Virus record (IMG/VR): IMGVR_UViG_3300023202_000163
Location: 14,117 to 78,116 of that record
Direction: 5' to 3' (one strand)
Length of the DNA stretch: 64,000 bases
Source of the DNA: a virus
This document shows, piece by piece, positions 1 through 9,021 of this stretch (positions within the stretch are counted from its first letter, which is position 1; each line of letters starts with the position of its first letter). The notes under the pieces are model-generated. The model was not told where the DNA came from and ran no database searches. It worked only from the letters and a program-made list of their open reading frames with translations. The position numbers and the translations under genes were made by a program.

Positions 1-56
1 ATATTAAATAAACTAAATTGTGTCAGCAACTAAAGCTATAAGTACTTGATTTTACT

Positions 57-2939
57 CTATAAAATACCTATCGAGGATAAAGTTTGAATAATATCTCCCG
101 ACTGAAAGCTTTGAAGAGGAAAAGTAAATCTGTGTAAGGCTCTGAAGCCAAGGGGTTTTCCACTAAATACACCCACTGAACTAGTAGCTCGTATGAACGC
201 TACCTTGGCAGGCGTTACAGCATTATCCAGATAATCTCGGAACCTATTTATAGCTTCAGCAAGCATAGGAGCGTGGTCATAATCGAGTGTTACTGTTTGA
301 CCAGAATTATGAACAATTATTCCACCTGCCGTAAATCCGTGGTCTAATAATTTAGGCCCCCCTTCCAGAGAGATATCCACAACATTAACTTCTCCGTATG
401 TTTCTATACTTTTTACTGGCATCCATAAAATATTGTGATTTAGGAGAAAATTTACTTTATTCGAAAAGTCTGGATCTGTGTCCTCAAAGTATTCTTCAGC
501 GCTTTCCCACCATTTTCGTAGACGGGCCTTGGTAACATGTTTCGAATACCAGTCTCCCCCAGAACGGTGCCATGATATTTTAGCTCGCTTTCTCTCACCT
601 GTGCGCGTTACGTACCATCCTTTGTTACTGGATACTGTTTTGGTTTTTTCTCTAATTGTTTCAATAACAGGAAAAGGAATTATTTCTCTTTTGGTATAAA
701 ATCTATTTGTTTTTAATATTTCTCCGTTTTTGTGAAGAAATCCAATTTTATTTATATATTTAGATAAACTAGTGCCTCTTATAGTCACCCGGTCACGTCC
801 GTTATCGCGAGATACTATTCCAAATCGCAAAAGCACTGCTTGAAGTTGATTTCTCCACTTCTCTGAATAGCTTGTAAAAATTATCTCATTTTTACCTATG
901 CACCCGTCACCATCAAAATGAGCTTTAAGGTATTCCCCAACTGTTTCAAGTGGGGCTTGTAGTATGCACCAAGGTATTTCTTTTTCTTTTGATTTATAAT
1001 AGCCCAAGCCTACGGAAGCAAGGAATCGTCTAAGTGTTGCTCCGTGGGCCAGGAGATATCGCATTCTCGTAGAATCCCCACCGAAGCCTGTATCATAGTC
1101 TTTAGAGCTTTCTTTTATTTTTAATTCCCTTCCAGGAAATACATGTTCAAAATCTTTTTTATACTGCTCAAGCATTTTGGCCCCAACTTCTGTGTCTTTA
1201 TAGCAGCCGAATAAAATTTCACTATTTGACGAGTGTGCTCCCTCAGAAGTTAAGTATCCAAGTACCCTTGCTAGTTCTGGGGTCAGTCTATTAGGATACG
1301 TCCATTCTTTAGAATTTCTAGAAGAAGGTGTATCTAAATAACTAACATCTTCAAAGTTTATTTCCCAGTATTTATCATCTTCAGGTGTTGTGTCCAAGGC
1401 TATTAAATCACCTATTTCCATATCTCTTAAGGGTTTCCACACACAATCTAGAGATTTTTCATTTAGTGTTAAAAATCCGTGATTTTTTGTTGCTTTTATG
1501 ATGTAACCCAGATTAGTTTTTACAGAAAACACCTCAGATTTGTTTTGTTCAATAAATTTAGTTACAGACTTAGATTGACCTAAAGAATTAACTTGATACT
1601 TTATGGTTTGTTTTTCGTTTTCCTCTACTAGTCCATAGGGTTTTAAAATATCCTCAAATTTAGACAAATCCCAAACCCAATGACTTGAATTTTGTTCGTC
1701 TCTGTTTCTTACTGCTGATAATTTAAATCTAGAGAATAGCTTTCCAAGTTGTTCTGCGCTGAGATCAAAATCAAATTTTTCTAGTATCTCTGAACAACGA
1801 AGATTTTCTTTATTTTCTTTTATCGCATTAAAAATATTTTTTACATCTTCAGTTAATAATTTTTCGCTTGCTAGATATGAAGATTTAATTCCTTTCATGT
1901 CTTTTATTTTGACTAAACCTCTATTTGTATGAACTAAAGAGTTCTCTTCCAAACAAAAAGCAAAGCCCAAGTCAACTTCGGTCAAATACTGTGCATTTAG
2001 GCCATACCAAGCAGCGCCTAATAATATGAATGAAGTAAATTGTGAGTTTCCTGCGAAAGACATTTGCCAAGATGTAATGGGATGCGCTAGGTTTATAATA
2101 TCTAAGCCTCTATCTAAATACTCTATAAGATCAGAATCTTCGTAAGCCTGAACCCTACCGCGCTGTTTCTGAAATTTATCTATTAACTGTCTTAATTGTA
2201 CAGTCATATTTAAAATTTGGCCGTCTACTGTGCGTATCAGCGTAAATTGCTTTTCCTCAGCAGCGGCTATATTTTGTCTAATAGTCCAAAGGGCAATGTA
2301 TTGGCAATTTGGTGCCTTCAGAGCGCCCTCTGGAATGTCATAAAAATATATAAAGCTGTCTCCATTAGGAACTTCTTGTATTTGGCCGTTCGATAAGGTT
2401 ACTTCTGTAGTAGTGCCCTGTGGTCCTATGGGCACGTAGCCGTTTTTACTGGCCGTATTTCCAAGTATTACCTGTAGCTTCAAAGAACCAAAATTATCTA
2501 GGTCTATTCGTTCCGTACACCTAATCATTGCTCGAAATTCACACCCCGCTAGTGATATATGACATTGGCTTCTATCTTCTGTCGCTGTTACTACTACATC
2601 CTGCACATCAAATTCGTGCGTAATTTCAGCTTGTTCGTTTACATTGGTGACGATAAACGCTGTGAATTGGTAGCGATTATTTGGGTTAGATAAGGTTGCA
2701 TCGCTAGGTACGGTCCAGTTTGTAGAGTATTCTCCAACACCCCCGTCTGATTGCAGAACACCAGACTGAACAGTCACTCCGTTAGGGTCTTTTATTTCGT
2801 AAGAGGGATATCTAAGAGGGTCTTTAGGAATAAGAGGAATAGTTTTAGATCCATCTGTAAAAAAACCTATTCTGAATGTTTGACTAGTTCCTCGTGTAAG
2901 GAGCCTAGGTATGTCGTCGGATTCTGTTAAAAACGCCAC
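57..2939 (-). CDS. Putative head-tail adaptor/neck protein containing one intein (about 410 aa after splicing)
   Basis: GTG start. N-terminal beta-rich part, then an adaptor-like helical segment (LRQLIDK...YEDSDLIEYLDRGLDIIN). Intein lies between LGFAF and SGQTVTLDY. Function is inferred from this motif and morphogenesis context. Confidence 0.6.
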   Translation of the reverse strand: MAFLTESDDIPRLLTRGTSQTFRIGFFTDGSKTIPLIPKDPLRYPSYEIKDPNGVTVQSGVLQSDGGVGEYSTNWTVPSDATLSNPNNRYQFTAFIVTNVNEQAEITHEFDVQDVVVTATEDRSQCHISLAGCEFRAMIRCTERIDLDNFGSLKLQVILGNTASKNGYVPIGPQGTTTEVTLSNGQIQEVPNGDSFIYFYDIPEGALKAPNCQYIALWTIRQNIAAAEEKQFTLIRTVDGQILNMTVQLRQLIDKFQKQRGRVQAYEDSDLIEYLDRGLDIINLAHPITSWQMSFAGNSQFTSFILLGAAWYGLNAQYLTEVDLGFAFCLEENSLVHTNRGLVKIKDMKGIKSSYLASEKLLTEDVKNIFNAIKENKENLRCSEILEKFDFDLSAEQLGKLFSRFKLSAVRNRDEQNSSHWVWDLSKFEDILKPYGLVEENEKQTIKYQVNSLGQSKSVTKFIEQNKSEVFSVKTNLGYIIKATKNHGFLTLNEKSLDCVWKPLRDMEIGDLIALDTTPEDDKYWEINFEDVSYLDTPSSRNSKEWTYPNRLTPELARVLGYLTSEGAHSSNSEILFGCYKDTEVGAKMLEQYKKDFEHVFPGRELKIKESSKDYDTGFGGDSTRMRYLLAHGATLRRFLASVGLGYYKSKEKEIPWCILQAPLETVGEYLKAHFDGDGCIGKNEIIFTSYSEKWRNQLQAVLLRFGIVSRDNGRDRVTIRGTSLSKYINKIGFLHKNGEILKTNRFYTKREIIPFPVIETIREKTKTVSSNKGWYVTRTGERKRAKISWHRSGGDWYSKHVTKARLRKWWESAEEYFEDTDPDFSNKVNFLLNHNILWMPVKSIETYGEVNVVDISLEGGPKLLDHGFTAGGIIVHNSGQTVTLDYDHAPMLAEAINRFRDYLDNAVTPAKVAFIRATSSVGVFSGKPLGFRALHRFTFPLQSFQSGDIIQTLSSIGIL
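306..1955 (-). mobile_element. Intein with LAGLIDADG endonuclease (550 aa)
   Basis: Starts CLEENSLVHTNRG, block B IKATKNHGFL, LAGLIDADG motifs LGYLTSEG and YLKAHFDGDG, ends GIIVHN followed by Ser+1. Confidence 0.95.
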
Positions 2940-3614
2940 TTATAACTCCTTGGGGACTGAACGTGAAGCAAGGTATGTACTCTCTGGAATAAAAACTATT
3001 CCAATTTTATTGTGGTCAGTAAATACCCTGTGTCTTAATTTATCTTTATTTTTTATTGCCACAGAAACATCGTTTTTCATAGAATTTAAAAGTCTATCGG
3101 AAAAGCCCTGAAATATCCCACCTCTAAAATCTACATCGTGGGGGAAATCTTCTGCTTGTACAGTTATAGTGATAGTATCCCCCCATGCATCTACGTCTCC
3201 GTATTTGCCTTTTAATTTATTTAAATTAGTTTTAATAGCCAATCCTTCCAATTCGAAATAAGGCAATAAACTAAACGCCATAAACTTTTTTACTACTTCC
3301 GCTGCATAGTTTATGGATGGCATAGGATATACATTTAATTCACAAGCGGGTATTTTATGTCTTGTTATAGTAAAACCTATATCTTGGTTACCGCGTTCAT
3401 CTAATTTATAAACGATTGCTACCCATAAATCAGTTTTCATACTTACAAGATTTTTTAGATCTTGCATATGGATGTAAAACGCAGAACACAGCACATAGTC
3501 CATATCCACGCCTTGGTCTGATTCGTAGGAAACATTCATAGGAACTCTGGCCTCAGACATAAGTGTATGGGCCAGAGTAATTCCTATGCGTTGTACCACA
3601 TGAGCGGCATCCAT
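2940..3614 (-). CDS. Hypothetical protein
   Basis: 224-aa ORF abutting the next gene, GGAG RBS upstream. Confidence 0.75.
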   Translation of the reverse strand: MDAAHVVQRIGITLAHTLMSEARVPMNVSYESDQGVDMDYVLCSAFYIHMQDLKNLVSMKTDLWVAIVYKLDERGNQDIGFTITRHKIPACELNVYPMPSINYAAEVVKKFMAFSLLPYFELEGLAIKTNLNKLKGKYGDVDAWGDTITITVQAEDFPHDVDFRGGIFQGFSDRLLNSMKNDVSVAIKNKDKLRHRVFTDHNKIGIVFIPESTYLASRSVPKEL

Positions 3615-3632
3615 AAACCCAGTCTCCTAGGG

Positions 3633-4754
3633 TTAAGGATTGTTACGAATTAAATCAGATAGCAGGTCTGGATGAAGCACCACAGCTACAGGGTTTGTAT
3701 CGTTTATGGAATTTAGAATTCTAACAACACCAAACTGGAAAGTCCCGTATCGGATATTCGTTAGGCGATCTATTGAGGCTGCATCAAGCTCCACCAGCTC
3801 GCTACCTGTGGGGGAAACCGAAGCACTGCCCAGAGTGGCTCCGGTAGCTCCCTCTACGGCGAAGCCTAGCACAGTATTTTCTTCGGTAACGTCTATTGTA
3901 CCTCCAAGATCTTGGGAGCGTAGTACAACCTGAGATCCTTTTTGGGCTAAGGCCTGTCTTTTAGCTTTGTCTTGGATTATTTGAGAGTTACCTACAAGCA
4001 GGGCCCTGTCCGTTGACAACACACCGCCTACAAATTCTAATGTAGCTCCACCTAACCCGTCTACGTTAACTCCGAGATCCTCGTCTGTAGCAAAATCAAA
4101 ACTTTCTCCTGTTACCCCCACTAGCATAGCTTCAGATCTTACATCAATGAGGTCTGGTAGATTAAGATTTACACCGTGTACCTCTCCTGTAGCACCTCCT
4201 CCTCCGATTCTATCATTGTTCAGTGCTCGAACATCAAAATTCTGAGTCTCTGCTACAATTTCTTGAGTAATATCGCGAACAGCAAAAAGACTTCCATCTG
4301 CCCTCAGTTTCGCGGCTCGTCCTACTAGTCCTCGACCTGCATTTTTCGTCTGTTGTGAATTGTTTACCCCAGCAACAAAGTCGATAAGATCGAAAGGTTC
4401 TTTGGCGAAACCGTTTACATCTATATCTGTATACTTTCTACTAGGGGGAGTGGAGAATGCAGCTTCAGCCCCTGCGTAGTTTGCAATTAAGCTCGAATAT
4501 CTTGCGTAACTTATTAATTTAGCTACTGGATTGGAAGTTGTTATACCGATGTTAGATACCTTAGTGGAATTACCTCCACCTGTTCTTCTTCTTTTTATGT
4601 CTACGCCAGCACCATTAGCTAGAGAAGCGAAGGGTTCTCTATTTTCTTGGATATCTTTGAGAATTTTTGGCAAACGAGATTTTCCGTTTGCGTAGCCTTC
4701 GTAAATTTCTTCATAAGTAAGGTCTGTTCTAGCGTTTAAAGTCTTGAATCCCAT
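3633..4754 (-). CDS. Putative virion structural protein
   Basis: 373 aa, rich in G/A/N/T, no Cys or Trp, located among neck genes. Confidence 0.55.
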   Translation of the reverse strand: MGFKTLNARTDLTYEEIYEGYANGKSRLPKILKDIQENREPFASLANGAGVDIKRRRTGGGNSTKVSNIGITTSNPVAKLISYARYSSLIANYAGAEAAFSTPPSRKYTDIDVNGFAKEPFDLIDFVAGVNNSQQTKNAGRGLVGRAAKLRADGSLFAVRDITQEIVAETQNFDVRALNNDRIGGGGATGEVHGVNLNLPDLIDVRSEAMLVGVTGESFDFATDEDLGVNVDGLGGATLEFVGGVLSTDRALLVGNSQIIQDKAKRQALAQKGSQVVLRSQDLGGTIDVTEENTVLGFAVEGATGATLGSASVSPTGSELVELDAASIDRLTNIRYGTFQFGVVRILNSINDTNPVAVVLHPDLLSDLIRNNP

Positions 4755-4886
4755 TTTTTCCCCCAGAACGCATCTGGACCATCGCCAGCAGCGTCGTTCT
4801 GAATTTAAACTAAAAATATACAGATAATTTCTGTATTAATTTTAATTTTTCCCATTAATTGGGTATGCTAATATATAAGACATACA

Positions 4887-7130
4887 TTAACTTCCACCGA
4901 TTGGCACCCTAACATAGGGCTCAAAGGTCTGAACCAGCCTTAAACTAACGTCGTGGCTTGTTAATATATCCAAAGGCCTATTAGGGCTAGAGTCTACCAC
5001 TTTCCATAATTCTTGGTCCCTGCATCTAAATACAAAATCTTCAACTCCTACTTTCTGAACAGTGCTGTCAAAATAGGCAGTAATAGTTTGAAAACTATCA
5101 TAAATTCCGAATTCGGCTAGAGTGATACTTTCTCTATCTCTGGGTATGTCTACTCTTACTTTCAAATCTTCTATAAGCTTGGCCCTCATAAAAAAATGTG
5201 ATAATATAGGATTAGCGTCACTTAATGTCCTTCTATTAAACTCTATTCTAATTGTTAATTTTTGGTAACTTATTCTAGAATTTAAAGAATCGTAAGTAAT
5301 AGGCACAAAATCAATTTCTGAGGGAGTTTTCACAAAAGCCCTAATGCTGTTGTTTTGGGTAAGGCTGGTAGTTCTAGTAATTAAATTAAAAGTGTCTACA
5401 ATTCCTGTAGATTGGCGTATTTCTATATCTGTGTCTATAAATCCATAAGTAGCGTTATTTTCTAGGCCTAGTAGAACGGGTCTGGTTTGTAGTTCGAATA
5501 GTGGCCTAACATTCAATGTTCGTAGACCTGGGTGAGTTACATCTATTGTGTGGTCTACTGTGCCAAATTTTGTGTATCCGCCCACTATTCCTGTTCCGTG
5601 ACAATTGTGAGTAACAATTCCGTTCACTACGTATGTATGGTCCCCCTCTACTTCTAAATTATATACAGGACCGCAGTAGTCTACAAAACCTACATCTTTG
5701 ATTCTAGTTAGGACTTCCTTATTTTTGAAGAACCATCCATTTTTTCTGTTTTTATGTTTTAATGTGTCTTCGGCCCAACTAATACAATATGCTAATTTTC
5801 TTTTGTTTCCTTTAGGAGTCAACTTATTAGAAATCTGTTGACGAACCAATGGTTGCTCCCCAAGTCTATGTAATATTTCCGCTAATTGCAAAGCAAGTAT
5901 TTCTGATGTTTGTGTTATTTCATTACTACTTTTTGAACCATCCCCGTCAAATACTCCCAATAATATGTGTCTTAATTTTTTAACAGGAAGACGCATTAAT
6001 TCTTCTGGGATTTTTTTTATGTGACAATATTTACCCAACCAATCTGGAAACCATTGGGCTAGCGTGGTGCTTCTTACGCAGACATCTATTCCATTGTCTG
6101 AAGACTTTTTTATTACAGGATTATATCCATGTTTAGAGAAAAAATTTATTAAGCGTTGTTGAAATTCTTTTTCTTTTCTATGTAGAGAGAAAAATATTTC
6201 CCGATTTCCTGCACTACCTTCTGCCAAGTACATTCCCAACATCCACAAGAAATCAACACTCATCCCAAATTGATTAGGTCCAAATCTTTCTTTACTATAT
6301 TCAGTTTGTTTAGTGTATTTTACAGGTATAGAAATTTCTTTTAGATCTTCTTCTTTTAAGGGCCATTTAGCCGTAAGCCAATCTTTTTCTTCTAGTTCCT
6401 TGGCTTCTTTCCAAATTAGCTCATGACCTAATTTTATGTTTTCTATTTTATATTTGTTTACAGCCTCTATAGCTTCTTCTCTTGTGTCGAAAGTACCAAT
6501 AGCTTTTCGATTTTTTCCGTAAATTTGCGCACGAGCATGCCATCTACCGCTTTTTATTTGATGAACGTCTAAATTTCTTGAATTTCCGTCCCCCATATTT
6601 ATATACTTATCACATTTGGGGCCGCACCCAGTACTTACCTTACGTTGACCACGCATGACCAAAAAAGGATGATCTGGTGTTGTAAAAATAGGTTTAGTTG
6701 AGACATGAGAGTATATTTTAATTAGTTCTCCCGTATAGGATGTTTTAAAGGTATTTGTAACTTTGTGAAATTTACCGTCAGAGGATAAAACATTATCTCC
6801 AATTTTTATATTTTCTATCGGTATATATCCATTTTCTGCTCGTACTAAAGTTCCAGGTATGAAACAAATTTGACATTGGCCGTCAGGGGAGGACTCTACT
6901 AAAAAACAGGAGCATCTTCTTCCGTTGGTTTTTCTTTGAAAAAATAGAGTATCTACGCGATCTACAGAAAGGGCATCTCTCGCCCGGGATTGTATTCTAG
7001 GAACTAAATCCCGCAGGGCAATTTCGTGAGGAAAGTCTTCTTTGTGTTGAGTCTTATCAAAAACCCAATTATCTCGGTTTACCTGCTTAGAGGCTGTTCC
7101 TCTAACATTGTTTGCTTTTCTCAGAGACAC
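4887..7130 (-). CDS. Putative head-closure/neck protein with Zn-finger, containing one intein (about 326 aa after splicing)
   Basis: Exteins rejoin as RCSC...CQI|CHGTGIVGGY, a CxC...CxxCxGxG motif typical of head-completion proteins of large myoviruses. Confidence 0.6.
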   Translation of the reverse strand: MSLRKANNVRGTASKQVNRDNWVFDKTQHKEDFPHEIALRDLVPRIQSRARDALSVDRVDTLFFQRKTNGRRCSCFLVESSPDGQCQICFIPGTLVRAENGYIPIENIKIGDNVLSSDGKFHKVTNTFKTSYTGELIKIYSHVSTKPIFTTPDHPFLVMRGQRKVSTGCGPKCDKYINMGDGNSRNLDVHQIKSGRWHARAQIYGKNRKAIGTFDTREEAIEAVNKYKIENIKLGHELIWKEAKELEEKDWLTAKWPLKEEDLKEISIPVKYTKQTEYSKERFGPNQFGMSVDFLWMLGMYLAEGSAGNREIFFSLHRKEKEFQQRLINFFSKHGYNPVIKKSSDNGIDVCVRSTTLAQWFPDWLGKYCHIKKIPEELMRLPVKKLRHILLGVFDGDGSKSSNEITQTSEILALQLAEILHRLGEQPLVRQQISNKLTPKGNKRKLAYCISWAEDTLKHKNRKNGWFFKNKEVLTRIKDVGFVDYCGPVYNLEVEGDHTYVVNGIVTHNCHGTGIVGGYTKFGTVDHTIDVTHPGLRTLNVRPLFELQTRPVLLGLENNATYGFIDTDIEIRQSTGIVDTFNLITRTTSLTQNNSIRAFVKTPSEIDFVPITYDSLNSRISYQKLTIRIEFNRRTLSDANPILSHFFMRAKLIEDLKVRVDIPRDRESITLAEFGIYDSFQTITAYFDSTVQKVGVEDFVFRCRDQELWKVVDSSPNRPLDILTSHDVSLRLVQTFEPYVRVPIGGS
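5604..6866 (-). mobile_element. Intein with LAGLIDADG endonuclease and inserted AP2-like domain (421 aa)
   Basis: Starts CFIPGTLV, block B TTPDHPFL, motifs LGMYLAEG and GVFDGDG, ends NGIVTHN followed by Cys+1. Confidence 0.95.
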
Positions 7131-7204
7131 AGTAACCCCTATATTTCTTTTCTCTATAAATATATATAAGTATATACATTATCTTTATCCTATGGAGGTG
7201 TAGT

Positions 7205-7600
7205 TTGCCTAAAAATGCTACATATTTTGAAAACGAAGATGATGAACCTAGAAATAAGGACCATAGTCCTACACCTAACGAGTGGTTTGGTTCGGATAGA
7301 AAAAAATTTCGTAAAAAATCTTCTTCTCCTACTTTCTCTACAGAAATGAGAGAGTACGATAGAAGCTCCGACTGGCGGGATTGGTTTCAGGGACATAAAA
7401 GAGAACCTTTGTGGAATCCTCTCCTGCCGTCTGAAAAAAAGAACGAAGCTATAAAGTTTAGAGATGAAAAGAATGATTCCAGAGGTCTAATATTTGTTCT
7501 GGAAAACGCAGCGGAGTTGTTCGAAGAGGCCGGGCATATAGATTTAGCTGCTGAATGTGAAAGAATATGCGAAAAAATTTACGAAGAAGAGAAATCATGA
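7205..7600 (+). CDS. Hypothetical protein with C-terminal helix-Gly-helix tag
   Basis: TTG start after strong GGAGGTG RBS; C-terminal LENAAELFEEAGHIDLAAECERI. Confidence 0.75.
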   Translation: MPKNATYFENEDDEPRNKDHSPTPNEWFGSDRKKFRKKSSSPTFSTEMREYDRSSDWRDWFQGHKREPLWNPLLPSEKKNEAIKFRDEKNDSRGLIFVLENAAELFEEAGHIDLAAECERICEKIYEEEKS

Positions 7601-7941
7601 ATAAATTTATATTTACTTTATTAATTTTTTTATTTTCTTGCGCTAGTTATAACCCTGAAGCCATAGAGGCACTTTCGTCTAAGCAAAAAAGTTTATCTAA
7701 TATAAACAAGGAACTTTGTCAAGACTTTTATGAAGGAGCGGAGGCCTTTAAGTCAGGGCCCGAGAAAGCTTGGCCCTTTTTAGGAAGAGCTAGAGAAATA
7801 GATGATATGTATGTAATTATGAAAAAACAAGGAGCAGCTTGTTTTGAAGTCGAATCTAGGGATCTAAGTAGTGAATTGGAAAATCGTGCCTTGGAGGCTT
7901 TTAAGCTTACGTGGGAAGAAGCGTTAAGGATAGTGCAATGA
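7597..7941 (+). CDS. Putative lipoprotein
   Basis: ATGA-coupled start at 7597 gives MNKFIFTLLIFLFS-C, a type II signal peptide with lipobox Cys. Confidence 0.7.
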   Translation: MNKFIFTLLIFLFSCASYNPEAIEALSSKQKSLSNINKELCQDFYEGAEAFKSGPEKAWPFLGRAREIDDMYVIMKKQGAACFEVESRDLSSELENRALEAFKLTWEEALRIVQ

Positions 7942-8441
7942 AATTTATAAACTGGCTTTTAGAAATAATAAAAACCTTAATAGCTTACTTTTCTGTGAAG
8001 AATAGAAGTAAAGATGAAATTGTGTCAGATTTTACTGAATTCCTGGGAAACAAAACTGTAGGCTTAGATGGGGTGGAAAAAGCTTTAGCGGATGCAGGTA
8101 TAGAGTTAGGGAGTGCTGTGTTAGGAGAAGCGCTAGGTTTTGCTAAAAAACACAAAACTTCTTTATTTTCTATGACTAAGGAAGAAATGAGTTTTGTTTG
8201 GGGCAAAATATTTAAAAGAGAAGGAAATTTTGACGAAGCTATCTATAAAGATTTGTTAAAATCTCTAGATGACGAGGCGTTAGTGGCAGAAATTGAAGCT
8301 AATGCTGCGGACGCAAATAAAATTAAAATAAGGGTTCAAGATAAGAAAGAAATGTTAAAGGATCTAAAGGAAAATCTCTCTACTTTAGCAAGATTTGCTT
8401 TGGCGAAAGCCATTAGTGTTGCGTCTCACGGAATTCTTTAA
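7938..8441 (+). CDS. Hypothetical protein with hydrophobic/amphipathic N-terminus
   Basis: ATGA overlap with the lipoprotein gene; MKFINWLLEIIKTLIAYFSV. Confidence 0.7.
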   Translation: MKFINWLLEIIKTLIAYFSVKNRSKDEIVSDFTEFLGNKTVGLDGVEKALADAGIELGSAVLGEALGFAKKHKTSLFSMTKEEMSFVWGKIFKREGNFDEAIYKDLLKSLDDEALVAEIEANAADANKIKIRVQDKKEMLKDLKENLSTLARFALAKAISVASHGIL

Positions 8442-8965
8442 TTATTTTTTGGTGCCTTTCCTGCGTGCGGGTATTTTCTTAGTCTTCTAACTCTTTTTAA
8501 TATCTTACCTTTTTGATCCAATTCATTCTCTAGACAATAAACAGCCAAAGCTGTTGCGTCAGCTTCGTGTACTGATAAATGAGGAAAATGACTTTTCATG
8601 CTGTCTACAGCTCCGTATCTAGAGTTTATATAATTTTTCCACTGAGCACTTGTTACTAAATGCGTAGGCACTCCTTTAGACGCATTTATAGTAGTTATAA
8701 CCCCCAACATGATATTGATATATTCCCCGACAGCCCCTTGCTGAACTCCGGGTCTTGCCATAAATCTTTCGGCGATCACGCAGTCTGGATCTATTTTTGT
8801 TAAAAAATTAAAATAATTTTTTCTAAATGCTTCAGATTCCTTATTAAAATCATCCCACTTTAGAGATTTAATTGGCTCTATATAACAAGTTTCCAGTATT
8901 TTGGCGTCCTCCATAACGGCGGCGGCAAAATTATTTTTACCTGGATCAAGTGCAATAATTTTCAT
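8438..8965 (-). CDS. RuvC-like Holliday junction resolvase
   Basis: MKIIALDPGKNNFA, VIAERF and HEADATALA supply the RuvC/RNase H-fold acidic residues. Start placed at MKII rather than 8980. Confidence 0.8.
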   Translation of the reverse strand: MKIIALDPGKNNFAAAVMEDAKILETCYIEPIKSLKWDDFNKESEAFRKNYFNFLTKIDPDCVIAERFMARPGVQQGAVGEYINIMLGVITTINASKGVPTHLVTSAQWKNYINSRYGAVDSMKSHFPHLSVHEADATALAVYCLENELDQKGKILKRVRRLRKYPHAGKAPKNN

Positions 8966-9021
8966 GTGAGTCCGATACACTAAAGTTTAACGTAAGCTTT
9001 CATTTAAAGATAAGAGGAAGT

